Assembly (NCBI GenBank): GCA_012026655.1
Contig: JAAILG010002105.1
Location: forward strand, 1-57,950
Length of the DNA stretch: 57,950 nucleotides
Reading direction: 5' to 3'
DNA from: Hydrolagus affinis
Taxonomy: Eukaryota
In this document: positions 35,966 through 49,380 of the stretch, in pieces
Layout of the letters: each line of letters begins with the position of its first letter
Position numbering within the stretch: the first letter of the stretch is position 1
Program-made: the position numbers and the translations under genes
Notes under the pieces: model-generated
The model's database searches: none
The model's input: the letters and a program-made list of their open reading frames with translations, nothing else
Told to the model about the DNA's origin: nothing

Positions 35966-36133
35966 GCCGTTCATCACTCTTTCCTATTGAAGATGGTTTC
36001 CTTGATGATGGTCACGGTGATCAGTCTCTGACTTCTGGTTTGAACTCTCCAACCCGCTGTCAGAATGGTGAGAGGGTGGAACGTTACTCCCGAAAGGTCT
36101 TTGTAGGAGGTCTTCCTCCGGACATTGATGAAG
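35966..36133 (+). CDS. CPEB3: CPEB3 coding exon 5 (RSSLFPIEDGFLDD…RKVFVGGLPPDIDE), start of RRM1; alternative acceptor at 35993
   Basis: tgtttttcag| … GAAG|GTAGAA; 168 nt, phase 1-1; RNP2 motif VFVGGL. Confidence 0.96.
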
Positions 36134-36236
36134 GTAGAATTATTTGAAATAAATACTTCATATCAAGCAGTATTTATACTTTCATTGATTTTGCTAATTT
36201 TGTTATACAACTCTGAAATACTTGATTCTCTGATAG

Positions 36237-36326
36237 ATGAAATCACTGCTAGTTTTCGTCGATTTGGACCCCTCGTGGTCGACTGGCCTCACAAAGCCGA
36301 AAGCAAATCATATTTTCCACCCAAAG
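36237..36326 (+). CDS. CPEB3: CPEB3 coding exon 6 (DEITASFRRFGPLVVDWPHKAESKSYFPPK), RRM1
   Basis: ctctgatag| … AAG|GTAAGT; 90 nt. Confidence 0.97.
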
Positions 36327-39300
36327 GTAAGTGCTTAATTGTATGATTTTAAAACCCCCAGTAATTTGACTACAATTTTAAGATGAGAATAAAAAAAGTA
36401 AAGTTGTATGTGCACTTCTAATTGATGGCTTAAAATTTTCAAATCTTGGGGAAACTTAGAAGTTTCTAAAATGCAAATTAATTACTAAGAAGGCCATTGT
36501 GTGGAACAAGACCGGTACTGTCTGGTGTCTTTCTGAGAAGTAACGCTTCTGGTCATGTTTTTTTTCTCTCTGCATTAGCTTGTGTTGCATTGGGCAGCAG
36601 TAGGATATGCATCGACCTTTGTGTCCCTGGTCTTCGAAAGAAAATTTGCTAGTAATTCTTACTCTTATTCCCATGACTCTTGCTGGAACATGTATTGCTG
36701 TGGTTGTCTGGTTGTGAAATAAACTTGCCTACACCTGTGGTTTACATACATACCACTTAGGCCCTGCTATTGCCAATGGTGGGCATTCCCAGGGTTTAGT
36801 GCCACCACTACTTCATCACACGAGATGTGAATTTTTCAAATTCTAAATGTGTGCAAGCAGTTTGATTTCGTTAGGCATATGACTAGGCTATAATGTGGCA
36901 TTTGTTGGATAGTGCTCCTCATTGGTTGTTCGGGAAATATTGGAATACAAAAATGGTTTTATCTTGTGAAATTAAAGTTAAGTTTACTAATATATTGGTT
37001 GATGAACTCGTGCCTATCAGTGGTACAATGCCAGGCATTTCAGTTGAGGTTATCAGAAGGTTTTGGATGAGGATTTCCATTTGGTAATTAGAGACTGAAA
37101 TGCAATGCAATATTCTATTCTGGTGATGAATGTGATGTGGAAAGCAATTTCTACCATAGTCACCAGTTGCTACTGTTGCTAATTTAAAATGGGAGGATGT
37201 ATGGACAGATAGTCCCAAATGATCTGGATTATTTATAACTGTGTTCAGTCCTGTTAAAATCCATTAGAGGATTCAGGTTCTGCATGTTTTATTGTCATGC
37301 AGGAATACTTTCATTCAGAAAGCTTATGGAACAGGAGTAATATTTTTAAATTTAATGACTGTAATATTAATACAGTGATAAACTTCTGTATTTATATGGT
37401 GAATAATATTCCAGTGCGCGTCATTGAATCTTTTTAGAATAATATCTCAAGCACTAGCCTTCTCTCAATCTAGTCCTCAATAATATATATTTTTTAAAAC
37501 TTCTGAGTGCATTAGGTTTGTTCCAGCTGACATGCTATTAAATAAAGACATGCACTTGCACTCAGTGAACTGCTACCAGATGACAAATGTCATGAATAGA
37601 GCTAACTGTTACTTAAGTCTGCCATTGAATGCTTTGTGAATATTGGTGATTGACTGTGTTAAGCCTGCACAAAATTCTTATGATTTATTGTGTGTTAACA
37701 TGATTACATTTCTGATATGATGGTCTGTCAGTGCTTCAGGTTATTCAGGGTTGAGTAGAAACAATTCATAGCATTTCCAATGTGGCTAAAATAGTGAAGC
37801 TTGCCTGCAGAGTGTTGAATTGCATGCATGCTTCCAACCTCTACATCTGATACACAGATGTCCAAATGGCTTTCGAACTTTGAAGCTTCTGTTCAGTCAC
37901 ATGCTTATAATTTGCATTGCAGACACCCAGATTGCCATCCTAGGATAAAGTGTTTCCCTGCACAGTTTTGAATTTTTAATGAAACCCGAGGTTATTGTAG
38001 GTCGCTAGGGAAATATAGGAGGGCCAGGGAATTAAAGTGTTAATAAGATGTTCATAAGATACTAATCATGGTAAACCACATGATTCCTTATTAGTTCCCT
38101 AAATCTACAGGAGTGTAACATTTTGGCTGGCTTTGCTGCTTGTAAGTATATTGCTGGGTAAGCAACAGGTCTGTTGATATGGATGATATTTTCACTGACC
38201 TTCTGAAGTTACTGCCTGACTTTCTCATCCCAGTAATATAGTATATATACACAGCTGATTAAAGCTTTTCACTGATTTTTTCAACCAGATTTGTGATTCA
38301 ATTAAGCTTTAAATAACGCTTTAGTTTCTTTCATTTCTTTCAAATTGTTTTGTGCAGATTGAATTTACGTTTATTAGTGGCTTTAATCTTGAAGAGCAAT
38401 GGGCCCTGTTTTGAAACTTATACTTCAAAGTTTATACAATCTAGTTGTTGTAATCTTGATTGCATCAACTGAAATTATGTTGTGATAAAAATTTCAAGAT
38501 AATTTTGTTTTTTAAATGAGGAGATTACCATGTGGAAGATGGTTATTTTATTTCAGTCTGTCAAAATGAATCATTTGCTCTGTATATGCAACTGTTGCCT
38601 ATTCTAGAATCTGAACCTATCCGGAAAACTGACAAGGGAAAAACATCACATTTTAAGATATTATGACTTCATTACACAATCTTGTCGAGTTAATGGAACT
38701 TTGATTATGAAGAAAATATTTTTCTAAATATTTAGCAAAGTACAGAAATGTATTCTATGTTTTTAAAAAGCATATGATGTTTTAGGATCTACAATATTTC
38801 ACAATGTAGATAATACCAATCAGTTGTATAAAGTGCTAATTTGGAGTTTATTTGAAATTAAGAATTATGATCTTGTCTGTTGATGTTTGCTTGGCACCAT
38901 TTTTGTCTCAGCTGACTTTGGATCTCTTCAATCCAATTATGTAGGCGTGGAGAAGGGACAGTAATGTAGTAACTTCAGGTCACCGCACTGCTTTCTTTCA
39001 TCCCTAGAGATAAATGGGAAGATTAAAGGCTTGTGCTTCTGTCACCGACCTGCAGTGTTGTTTAGTATTGCTATCATGAAGCCAAATGGGACTAATTGGC
39101 CGTATGTAGGAATACCACATTATCTCTTTCTGGATACATTTGAGAACCTGCTTTGAAGTGGAAATGGGACATTTGTGCATTTGTGGGACCCAAGCTTCTT
39201 CTATTCAAACTGTTTTATTCTTTATGAAGCATGTTAGACTTCATAAACTAATATGGTTACTGTTCATGGTGTCAGTGTACTTTGAGTAACTTGCTATTTC

Positions 39301-40708
39301 AGCTTATAAGATTTCAAATTCAAAAGGCTTGTTTTTGAAATTAGTGACATTAAGATTTCATGCTCCATTGAAATAACGTGAGTAGTTAAACTGACTAGCT
39401 TGTTGCAGATTAACCTAAATGGGAATTGCCCAGTAATTCTGTATGTAAACTATAATCAACATTATTGTTGCAAATCAAAAGCTTCGCTTCAATTAAACGT
39501 TTATGTGGAGAATGCAGTTGTCATCCTTTCAGAGAAGTTGTGCAGTATATATTCCACACTAGAATTGAGAGTTTGAGGTACCTGTGAAACATTTAAAAAT
39601 GATCAAGCTTTATGTAATTGAAAAAAAAATTTCAAATCAGTATACTCATTCCATCATCTATATCCAGCTCTAGACTATTATTGGAAAATGTTTAGAGCAG
39701 GCCATCAACCCAGTTCTTCCCAATTTCTCAAAGTGCTGTATTGTAGTAGCTGCTGAGTTCTTCAACATGTAATTTGTAGTGCTTGGATTAATGCGTTTTG
39801 ATATACCACTGGTACAATGCAGAGCTTCAGTGTCAGCTGATGGCCCAAACAGGTGCACGTAGGTCAATATGTTTGTTGTTTTTCTCTGTTTAGAGATGGT
39901 CACGTGCAGCTTCTCTGAATGGAGATTGTGACTTCATTATCAAAGCAACTGATTTGAAAGACTGCATTCGGAATTCTCTATTTGATCTGCGAAATTTCAG
40001 AAATAATCTTGCCCTAGAAGACTAGATAGAGAAAACTATATACAGTACCAGTCAAGAAGATGGATTATTGATCACGACTACTACTGGTGATCGTTCAGTT
40101 TCATAATTTAAGTTAACTGTGACTTTTGAAAGGAGGCACCAGTTAGGCAATACTGCTGGGGTGATTACAGTTCATAACTGAGATGTGCCAAGGTTTGAAG
40201 TTGGTTTCTTTGAGAATTGAATAGCAAACACTGCCAAATATTATGGTGTTTCATTGGAAATTCAGCCCTGGCTACCATCTGGAACCCTGCTGTGACAATC
40301 TGGAATACTGACGAAAGCTGCTGGGTCATGTGATTCCTCGACGCATTATGTATTGAGCATTGCAGCCTTCTCTGTGTATTAATATATTCCTCTTAAATGA
40401 GAAATTTAAATTGGATCACCTAATCAAGCAGGCAATCCAAGTCTGTTGAATATGCTGTGGTTTCAACATACAATTATTTATTATAGCCACTGTGGATTAA
40501 ATTAACACAATTACCATTGGACAGAATGTCTCTTGCTGTCAGTGAGATGCTGGAGACTGAAGGTACAAGCTGTTAAATGACTGCAATGTTTATTAATGAT
40601 ATCCACATCTTATGGAAAAGTCAGGATGTGGCCGGTGACCTAGCTTACTAACCAGGAATGTTTATCCATTGTATGAATACAAATTTTATTTTGATAGCTG
40701 TGGATTTA

Positions 40709-41140
40709 ACAGTAAACCTTTACAAATCGTGTCATCGCCTAATTCGTACATGCAACCGAGTCCCATTCAGTTTCCTTTCAGAGCCACTTGGGTTTCTTTG
40801 TACCGGTTGTATTTTGTCAGCAAATCATCTCCTATCTTGTAACCTCTGCATTTACCGACTGCATTAAGTCGTGGGAAATGACATTGAAGCGTCTGCACTT
40901 ACCGGCTGGCAGCATCGAATCGCGGGTAGCCTTGATCTGCCGCCACATGCGCAGAAGAACTTAATTTCCATGAATGCAATTCCAGTGCTTGCCATTAAGT
41001 GCACATACAGTGACGGATTAAGATACGCGAGTAGTATAGATTATTGATTTAATTGAATTATCGATTTCATCGGATATTAGACAATTTAAACACATTTCCC
41101 TCTGACTTGCCTTTGGGTACGTCGTATTAAATGCAATAGT
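40709..41140. mobile_element. Possible old Tigger/pogo-like DNA element remnant
   Basis: Starts CAGTAAACC like the other MITE ends; locally CpG-richer; right TIR not clearly recognisable. Confidence 0.3.
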
Positions 41141-41590
41141 CCTCATTGAAGCGACTTACTTGGTGTAATTGCAATTAATTAAGCTGTATGTTAATTGATC
41201 ACCCCTTTTTATTGAAAGTTGAAAGATGTGATTTTGTTTGGGCCATTGGTAAAAGCACTGTTTCTCAGTTGCTTCCAGACCAGCAACTTATCCACAATGT
41301 CACTACTTCTGGCTGATAAACATTCATGTTGCTAAAAGTGGGATTGACATTGACAGACATTTACACGTGTGATGATGCTGTACATTCCATGTGTGGTGTT
41401 TGCCACTAGAAACTGAGCTTGTGGTGACTGCTGAGAGTGTTGTCAGCCGCAGTGCTTAGCCTCCACGACCATTTTTTGCTCTGCAACCCAGGTTTGTTAG
41501 TGGTTTCAGCACCGAACACAACTGAGGCAAATTCACAAACTTTGACGCAAATTCACCATAAACTGTCACTCCAGGTGATGTGCTTGCATC

Positions 41591-41870
41591 ATAGTTTCAT
41601 CTTACAAGCGTGAGACCTGTGTTTGAATCCAGGCAGGGTGAAACCTTGGGCAAGTTTCCTTACTCCACACGTCTAATAATAATCCCTCAAAATAAAAATG
41701 GTCATTACAATCCATGAATGTTTGTGGGACATTGCTGTGCGCAATTGGCTGCCGCATTTCGTCCACAAATATACAGTCAATTCACTTTACAGTATATTCT
41801 GTGAAGCGCTTTGAGACGTCTAGAAGATGTGAAAAACGCTATATCAAATGTAAGGATTATTATTATTATT
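41591..41870 (+). mobile_element. tRNA-derived SINE (A box lost)
   Basis: Colinear with 26951-27238: B-box-like GTTTGAATCC, GGGCAAGTTTCCTTACTCCAC, core, tail (ATT)n. Confidence 0.9.
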
Positions 41871-44166
41871 CATTTGTGGAAGTCAGTCGTGTTGCAAGTC
41901 TCATCATGCATGTGAAGCCAGATAATTAATCAAACCAGGAAGCAGGCTCGGTAACCCATCCTTTTCTGCATCTATTCGTATTTTCCCCATAAATAACTGC
42001 CTATCTTTTGCAAAGCCCTGCAGCTAAAGACTTGACTGCTTATTTCGCTTTGGAGAATTTCTTATCAGACAGTGTTGCTGAATGTCAATTTTACTTTCAT
42101 GGAATAACTTAGTAGTGTAAATGTATTTTTGAACATATATTTAAAATGAGGGATACAAATCCATATATTCTGTACCAGATGTTTCCAAATTAGGGAGAAG
42201 AAAAGCAAAACAGCTTTGGAAATGCAGATTTAATTTCTCTCAATTCTTCCGCCTTGTCTTCTCTCTGTCTCCTTTTTCAAGTGCCACCTGAAACCCTTCC
42301 TTTTCAACCGTACTTATGGCTTCCTCACCCCCTACCCTACTGGCTCAGAGTCAGACTCGACCACTGTTTAGCGTTCTGAGATGCAACCCTGCGTGGAGGA
42401 TGCTATATAAGTACAGGTTGTTGTTGAACGAAGTTCAAGATGGAGGGAGGGTAATTTCATAAAAGAAATAAAAAGGATATGGTTTCTAGTTACTGGCATC
42501 ATTGGCAAAAGTCTGGTAAGTCACACCTTTGTAGAGAGAATGTATCAAAACATAGAAAAGATGTATGCAAAAAAAAAAATTAAGTCGTTTATTAGCAATT
42601 TTGAAATAGGAATAGTAAAACCGTACGATTTTGCGGGGCTATCTATGTTTAACTGCATTTTTTTTAACCAATAAGCCTCATTTAATTGATGGCATATGAT
42701 CATAATTTAGTGTACTCTAGTATTTCTGTTTTCAGAAGTGAATAACATGCATGTTATTTGCACAATCAAAGATGGAAATACAGAAAGTAAGGTAGTGAAG
42801 GGAGATGTGAAGAGAGGAAGCAGTGCAGTTCAACAGCAGGATAGAAGCACAGTGAGGGACAACTCCGCGTGACTAATGCCTTACTGGTTGGGTAGGTGTC
42901 ATTGTTTCAAATTGAACATGTAGAGTTGGTTTCAATGTTAACATAAAAAATAGGAATTTAAAATCAAATAATAAAATGGCTACTTCGAACTTCTGACATG
43001 TTTAGAAGTTTAGATGAAGTCGCATTATTAAAGAAAGTTGTTTGGTGTATTCTAGACTGTGTTAACAATCTTAGTTTGGTTCTGATTCAGCTAAGAAAGT
43101 ACTGTACTGTATTTATGCTGAATTTTTTTTATTGGTTGCTGTCATCTCTTAAACAAACATGGTGCTTTCTCATTAATGGGATGGACCACATCTACATACA
43201 GATGCCTTACGTATTCCAAACTGCATTGTTGATAATTCCTGAATACTGTACTCCCAAATGTACCACACACTGAGTACAAATTGCCTTTGAATTGCGTTTT
43301 CATACTACAGAGAGTGGCTGTCAGATTCCAAATACACTACTACCACCAAAATGCTTAGATTCTATTCACTCATCGCCACAAAATGTCATTTTATCTGTGA
43401 TTAGGAACTTATTGTGTGAAGATGCTATGACTTTGGGCCTAGGTTGTAACATATTGGGAGTATTTTTCATTTACCTAAATGTTTATCAGCATCTGTAAGC
43501 TGCAACAATGATGGGCTAGTACTGTAGTAGTTTCACTCCGTGACTGTTGTCCATGGTGTTCTGTGATCAATTGGCAGAAGATGAAATTTTGAAATTTCCC
43601 TCTGTCTAGCTCACTAAAATAGACTTATTTATTTGCTATAAATGTGTGATTGTGTTTATGAAGCTACCATTTTGCAGCATGTGATCCTCTGCACCATGAA
43701 ATGATGTTCATTATTAAATGATTAGCTGTACTAAATAATATGAATTGCAAGAATCCCTGACCTTGGTGAACATAGGAAATGTCAGCAACGTTACTATACT
43801 GAAATTTTTTTATTGAAATGTAATGTCCTTGGTACAAGCACAATGAAGCAATACTGTAAAGTGCAGGACAAATCGTGGAAGGAAGTAAAATATTGTTTTT
43901 GAAAAGGAAGCTGTAACAAGAAGGATAACATCGAAGCATACAAAGTTCACCACTGAATCTAAATACTGTATATAGTTTTTAGGGAATGAGAAATCAGTTG
44001 GGAAAACATAACTGGTGCTTCACCAGAAATAGTTAAGATCAAAATTCTCGTTCGGTTGAATTTGCCATTAGGTTGCTATGGGTTGGCTTGTGCTTGCAAA
44101 TCTCATTTTGGATTGTGGCTGTTTTAGGTTATTTATAATGTTTTAGTTTGTTGCCCCTTTTCTTCT

Positions 44167-44206
44167 CTCTCTCTCTCTCTATATATATATATAGAGAGAG
44201 AGAGAG
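44167..44206. repeat. (CT)7(AT)6(AG)7 perfect 40-bp palindromic microsatellite
   Basis: Directly visible; self-reverse-complementary. Confidence 0.9.
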
Positions 44207-44541
44207 TCCCATAGCGCAATGGTTCGTGTTTTCACTTCACAAGCGTGAGGACCCGGGTTCAATTCCCAAACGGGATGAAATCCTGGCCAAGTTTCCTAAC
44301 TCTACATGCCTCCATTTACCTAGCAGTAAGTAGGAACCTGTTTTTTAGTCGATTGGTGGACCATTTTCCAGGGATGGTAAAACTCTCCACCAAAAAAATG
44401 TGGTCACTCAATCCAATTGTGGGACACTGTTGTGTACGTTTCGAATACACAGCTATTCCACCATACAATATATTCTATGAAGTGCTTCAGGACATCTTAA
44501 CAACATGATAACGCATTATTCCAAGTGCAAGGATTATTATT
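44204..44541 (+). mobile_element. tRNA-derived SINE, longer subfamily
   Basis: A box TAGCGCAATGG, B box GGTTCAATTCC, extra central block CCATTTACCTAGCAGTAAGTAGG, then decayed core and GCAAGG(ATT)n tail. Confidence 0.85.
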
Positions 44542-45151
44542 CTATTGCCTTCAAGGCCTCTAACTACACACTTTTTGCCCAAGAATGCTTTGCTCTACAT
44601 CTGAATACATATGTTGATATCCTTGATTTTTTAAACCAAGCATGTAAAGGGACATTTTGATTATTGGAAAATTTGACTTCTAAGTATAGAATCACGTTTT
44701 TTTTTCTTTTGGAATATTCTAATTTTAGTGTTCTATGTACTAAATCTTAGTAATAAAGTACTAAGTAAGTACAAAATCAAAGGATCTTATTGGTACAAGT
44801 TCCTTCCTCATTTTCCAACGAAAAGCAGTCCTCACTTGACAGAAATTACCTGTTTTTTTTCCTTCAAACACTGAATTGCTGAAGGGAAGATTAGTTTATG
44901 TGGAGCAGCACTATTGAGTATAATTAAAAGCTGTAGGTAAGTCCCCAAGTTCAAGCATATCTTAATTTTATTACTTGCCATAAATCCAAAGCTAAAGCCA
45001 AGAAATTGTTTTGCGCCTTGAATTTGGTAAAGCTGCAAAATCCATCTGACCATCCGTCTTCAAAATTTGCAATAAATTGCACAGTGTAATTTAGTCTTGT
45101 CTCATTCACAGCTGGTTTAATGCTTTTCTTTGTGATTTCCTTCATACTCAG

Positions 45152-45270
45152 GCTATGCCTTCCTGCTGTTCCAAGAGGAAAGCTCTGTGCAAGCTCTAAT
45201 AGATGCATGTATTGAAGAAGATGGGAAGCTATACCTGTGTGTTTCAAGCCCCACTATCAAGGATAAACCG
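45152..45270 (+). CDS. CPEB3: CPEB3 coding exon 7 (GYAFLLFQEESSVQALIDACIEEDGKLYLCVSSPTIKDKP), RRM1
   Basis: ttccttcatactcag| … CCG|GTAAAT; 119 nt, phase 1-0; RNP1 motif KGYAFLLF. Confidence 0.97.
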
Positions 45271-45981
45271 GTAAATGGAGATCCTGTATGTTGCTGCTAA
45301 CCATCTGTTCCCTTTGTCATTTCCTAAGTTGCTAGACTCAAATTATTCAGGTTGCTTTTTTTTCTCCATCCTTTGCTGTGCTCTCCCCTCCAAAACTGTA
45401 ATCCAAAATGTGTGCTATATAATTTCAATGATTCATTTACAAGTGGAGCTTTTATATTTAGTAGCATTGAAAGGTTGAGTTTTGGGAACCTGGAAACAAA
45501 GGCTGAGCTGCTTGATTAAGCCTTTGTGAACAGAGCTTCCAGTGACATGAGCAAAATGCAATGCAACATGGTGTTTGTTTCCTGTAGGTGATCACTGTAT
45601 CAGCTTTTTTGTGCTAATCATACCCTAATCCCTGGTTTTCCAGAAAATGAAACCAAACAGACAATGGCGCCTGATATTTAGTCTTACACAAGCAGTTTCC
45701 AACATTATTTTGTGTCTCAGAGGTTTGCAGTAAAGCAAGCCTTGTTATTTTGACTAAGAAAATGGAAACATTTTATTATTTCTGTTTTTAGATTTATTTT
45801 CTGTTGAAATATGAACATGTGCTGACTAAGTAGTACAAACTGTTGTATAAATTAGCATATTATCTCCCAATATTAAAAGCTGAACTGACCATTGCATAGC
45901 AGTTAAATATCAGTTAAAAAAAAATTAAAACTTAAATTATTTCTAGAACTGAGCAGAGCTAATTCTTGACTGTCTTTAAAG

Positions 45982-46096
45982 GTGCAAATTCGACCATGGA
46001 ACCTAAGTGATAGTGATTTTGTGATGGATGGTTCTCAACCTCTGGACCCCAGGAAGACCATCTTTGTAGGAGGAGTTCCCAGACCTCTTCGAGCTG
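45982..46096 (+). CDS. CPEB3: CPEB3 coding exon 8 (VQIRPWNLSDSDFVMDGSQPLDPRKTIFVGGVPRPLRA)
   Basis: gtctttaaag| … CTG|GTGAGT; 115 nt, phase 0-1. Confidence 0.97.
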
Positions 46097-46418
46097 GTGA
46101 GTTAAGATACTCTGCAGTAATTCCCCAATTTGATCAATGTCTGTAATGCAGAATATAAAGGGAGATTGAAGAACGTTCCCAGCATGTTTGAGTTTGTGTG
46201 AATGGAATTCATATAGCTTGATGCCAGTGGTGTATATCAATTTGTTCTACATTTATATTATTGTATCTATATATATATATTTATATTATATATATTATAT
46301 ATGTATGTGGGGGGAGCAGCAATCATAAGTATGTATGTTGCATCTCTTTTATAGTTGCATTTGATGTTGCGTACGATGATATAAATTGGCTCTATGATTT
46401 AAATGTTTTATCTTGTAG

Positions 46419-46600
46419 TTGAATTGGCTATGATCATGGATCGGCTGTATGGAGGTGTTTGCTATGCTGGCATTGATACAGACCCTGAGTTGAAGTATCC
46501 AAAGGGTGCTGGCAGAGTGGCTTTCTCCAATCAGCAGAGCTACATTGCTGCTATCAGTGCTCGCTTTGTACAGCTCCAGCATGGAGACATTGATAAACGG
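46419..46600 (+). CDS. CPEB3: CPEB3 coding exon 9 (VELAMIMDRLYGG…QHGDIDKR), RRM2
   Basis: ttttatcttgtag| … CGG|GTAAGT; 182 nt, phase 1-0. Confidence 0.97.
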
Positions 46601-49257
46601 GTAAGTGCATTATTGCTGTACAAGCTGAATCCCAGAGCTTACCCAGTATGGTAGAAGAACGAGAGTTGTTCTCCTACAGAATATTTGACTTGTTCTCTAA
46701 TTTAGTATCCAAATGATATATTTGGGATACATTAATAAAATTGGACTAATAAAACAATAAGATTTATTTTTGTATTTCTGTTTTAGTAGTTTGTTTTCAT
46801 GTCCAAATAGTCAAGCTGAAGTCATTTTGCTATCATCTTAAATGTGGATGTATATAATTTCAAAAAAAAATTTTTTTTTTAATATGAGCATGGAAGTTGA
46901 GAATGGGAGCTATTAAGGAACATGATTGTTTTACAAGAGAAATGCCATTGGATAAATGCTGTCCTTGACCGAGTTTACTTGCAACATTTTCTGTTTTGAA
47001 AGAGGGCTTGTTTTGCTATTCTGAAGATTATAATCTATCTGGTGTGGTTCATAATTTACAGTCTATGAATTTATGTTTATTTCTCATATTACAAATGTTC
47101 TTTTATTTCAGCTAACCTAATAAGAATCTCAATCTCATCTGATTTCATGGATTTAATGTGTGTCACTGGGGATAATTTTCAATAATTTATAAAAAGAAAC
47201 TTGAATTAATAAGCTTGTTACCCCAAAAAGATGGACTTACAATCTTTAGTATTTAGCATTAAACCAACACCTTAAGAAGCTCCTAGATTCAGATAAAATG
47301 ACTAACTTGTTAAACTAGATGCTAAATTATGATGAAGCAGGATGGGAATTTGCACATGTCATGTCATGAGCAGCAGAGAATGAGTGAATTCTGATCATCT
47401 TTCACATAGATAAAGGAAAGCTCAAACACCTTGTCAGTGGTGTGAGGAGCTTATGCTATGAATCTAGTTTTATACATAGGAGCATGTCATGTGGTGCAGA
47501 CAGTGAGGTGATAATTAATTGCAGCTGCCATTTTTATTTTTACTGCAGTTAATTATCAGATGATTAGATTCTGGGTTATGACCAGTGCCAGAGGACTTAA
47601 ACAAATAAATTCAGCACTTTGTTAGTATGCTAACATATTTTCAGATTTTACCCTCTTTTGTTTTGCAGTACTGCCTGTAAATTAGATTATATCTAATACA
47701 CGTGCTGCAGAGATGTAAGGCTGAGATTGTTGCTTTCTTTAAATCTGTAAAATTTGCTGGAATTTGAATAATTTCTAAAAACTACAAGTCAATCTCTTTC
47801 CCAATATACTGTGGGAAAAAGTATAGTGGGGGAAAAAACTGTTCCTTATGCTATTGATTTAATTACTGAATGAGCCAAACTAATTGTAAATAACCTGTTT
47901 CATTTTGAAATATTTTAGTTTTAATCAATGTTTCTTGTTTCCATACTGTAAGGCGCTATATCAAATGTATGTTTTTTTTCTTTTGTCCAAGCTGGAAGAG
48001 TTCAAAACAAAAGATGCAGATCTTAGATAAAGGTGCACATGTACTTTATCTAATCTCAATTTTTTCCCAATTCACTACATATTTGTATGTAGTGTTCCAT
48101 TATAGTTGATTTTGAGGTAGGGGTGCATATCATATGCATGATGACTTGTAATATCTGTGAATCTATGAATTTTACCCCCTTGGTTCACCAGTTTACTCTT
48201 CCATAAATGACAGGGTCTACTTAAGAATAAAATGGTTTGAAGATGCATTTTTACCCATAAGACTAAAAGTGATCAAAAAGTAATATTTTGGAAGAGTTAT
48301 CACTTTTTCGACATTTTCACTCAAGTCTATTGTTCTTGATAAATCTACACTTTTGCTAAATCTAAAAAAACACATTCAATTTGATTGCTTCTGAGAACAT
48401 GTCTTTCGAAACATGGTTTCTGAGAGAGTTGACATTATCACTGTGCTCACAAACCTAATACACAAATAAAAATAAATAGAAGCTGGCAGCATTTTTGAAC
48501 CACTAGGGTATTGAATGCCTGACCATACTGTTTTTTTGAAACCCATTATAAAATCAGTTCATTTGTTTTGTGATGAGATTTGACAGCAGGATCATTGCCT
48601 TTACAATGATTCTGTGTAGCTTGCGCTTTTATTTTAAGACCAAAACAGTTTGTGGAAATAGCACTGTAATTACTGTACTATGGTGGATATGACTTCAATA
48701 AATGATCTAGCTGTTTGTTTCACATTTGCTTCTAAGACATGCTGCCTATTCTGATATATGGGGGTAAAATCAAGCTCTGGGTTTATTACTTTCTGAGTTG
48801 AAACGATTTTGATTGAGCTGATGGTTGTAATTTGGCTCTGACTGTCTCTCTGAAAAAATCAGAGTTGTTCCTTTTGGCCCTATTCTAGCTTACGTTGAAA
48901 AGGCAATTAGTGCATTGCAAGCAACAGAGCAAAGTATCTATCCTTTCCAAAATACGTTTTAGACATTCTCGGTCTAGTTGTATTTTTAATCTCTTTTGGG
49001 GGAGTGAGCACTCTTGCTCATCACAAATTTGTTTTGAGGATTTGGAACAATTTTTTTTAAAAGAGGGGAAATGTAAATTGCGCATTCTACATCTGAAGAT
49101 ATTTTCATATTCATGCAGTCAAAAGAATATTCAAATAATTACTTATTCGGCAAGCTTGTCACTCATCTTAACGGGTGGTATATTTACAGTACTGTCCATA
49201 ACATTACATCTATGGTTTCATTGTACTCTCAATCAGAGGAACATTGATCAATATGTA

Positions 49258-49380
49258 AAGTAAGGTATTCAAGAATATGGAGAAAAGGCAGGAAATAAGT
49301 TTTAAATATCTGCCAATGGTCAAACAAAATAACAAAACTTGCTTGCTGGGCTGAATGGCCTTTGCTTTTCCTATGTTTCT
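49258..49380 (+). mobile_element. CR1 LINE 3' end remnant
   Basis: ggtattcaagaatatggagaaaaggcaggaa…gggctgaatggcct…cctatgtttct, same family as 32160-32280. Confidence 0.6.

Noticed and set aside
22206-41929. Recurring small ORFs ending …CEKRYIKCKDYY (22206, 27085, 41714)
   Set aside because: Translations of SINE copies, not a peptide gene family.
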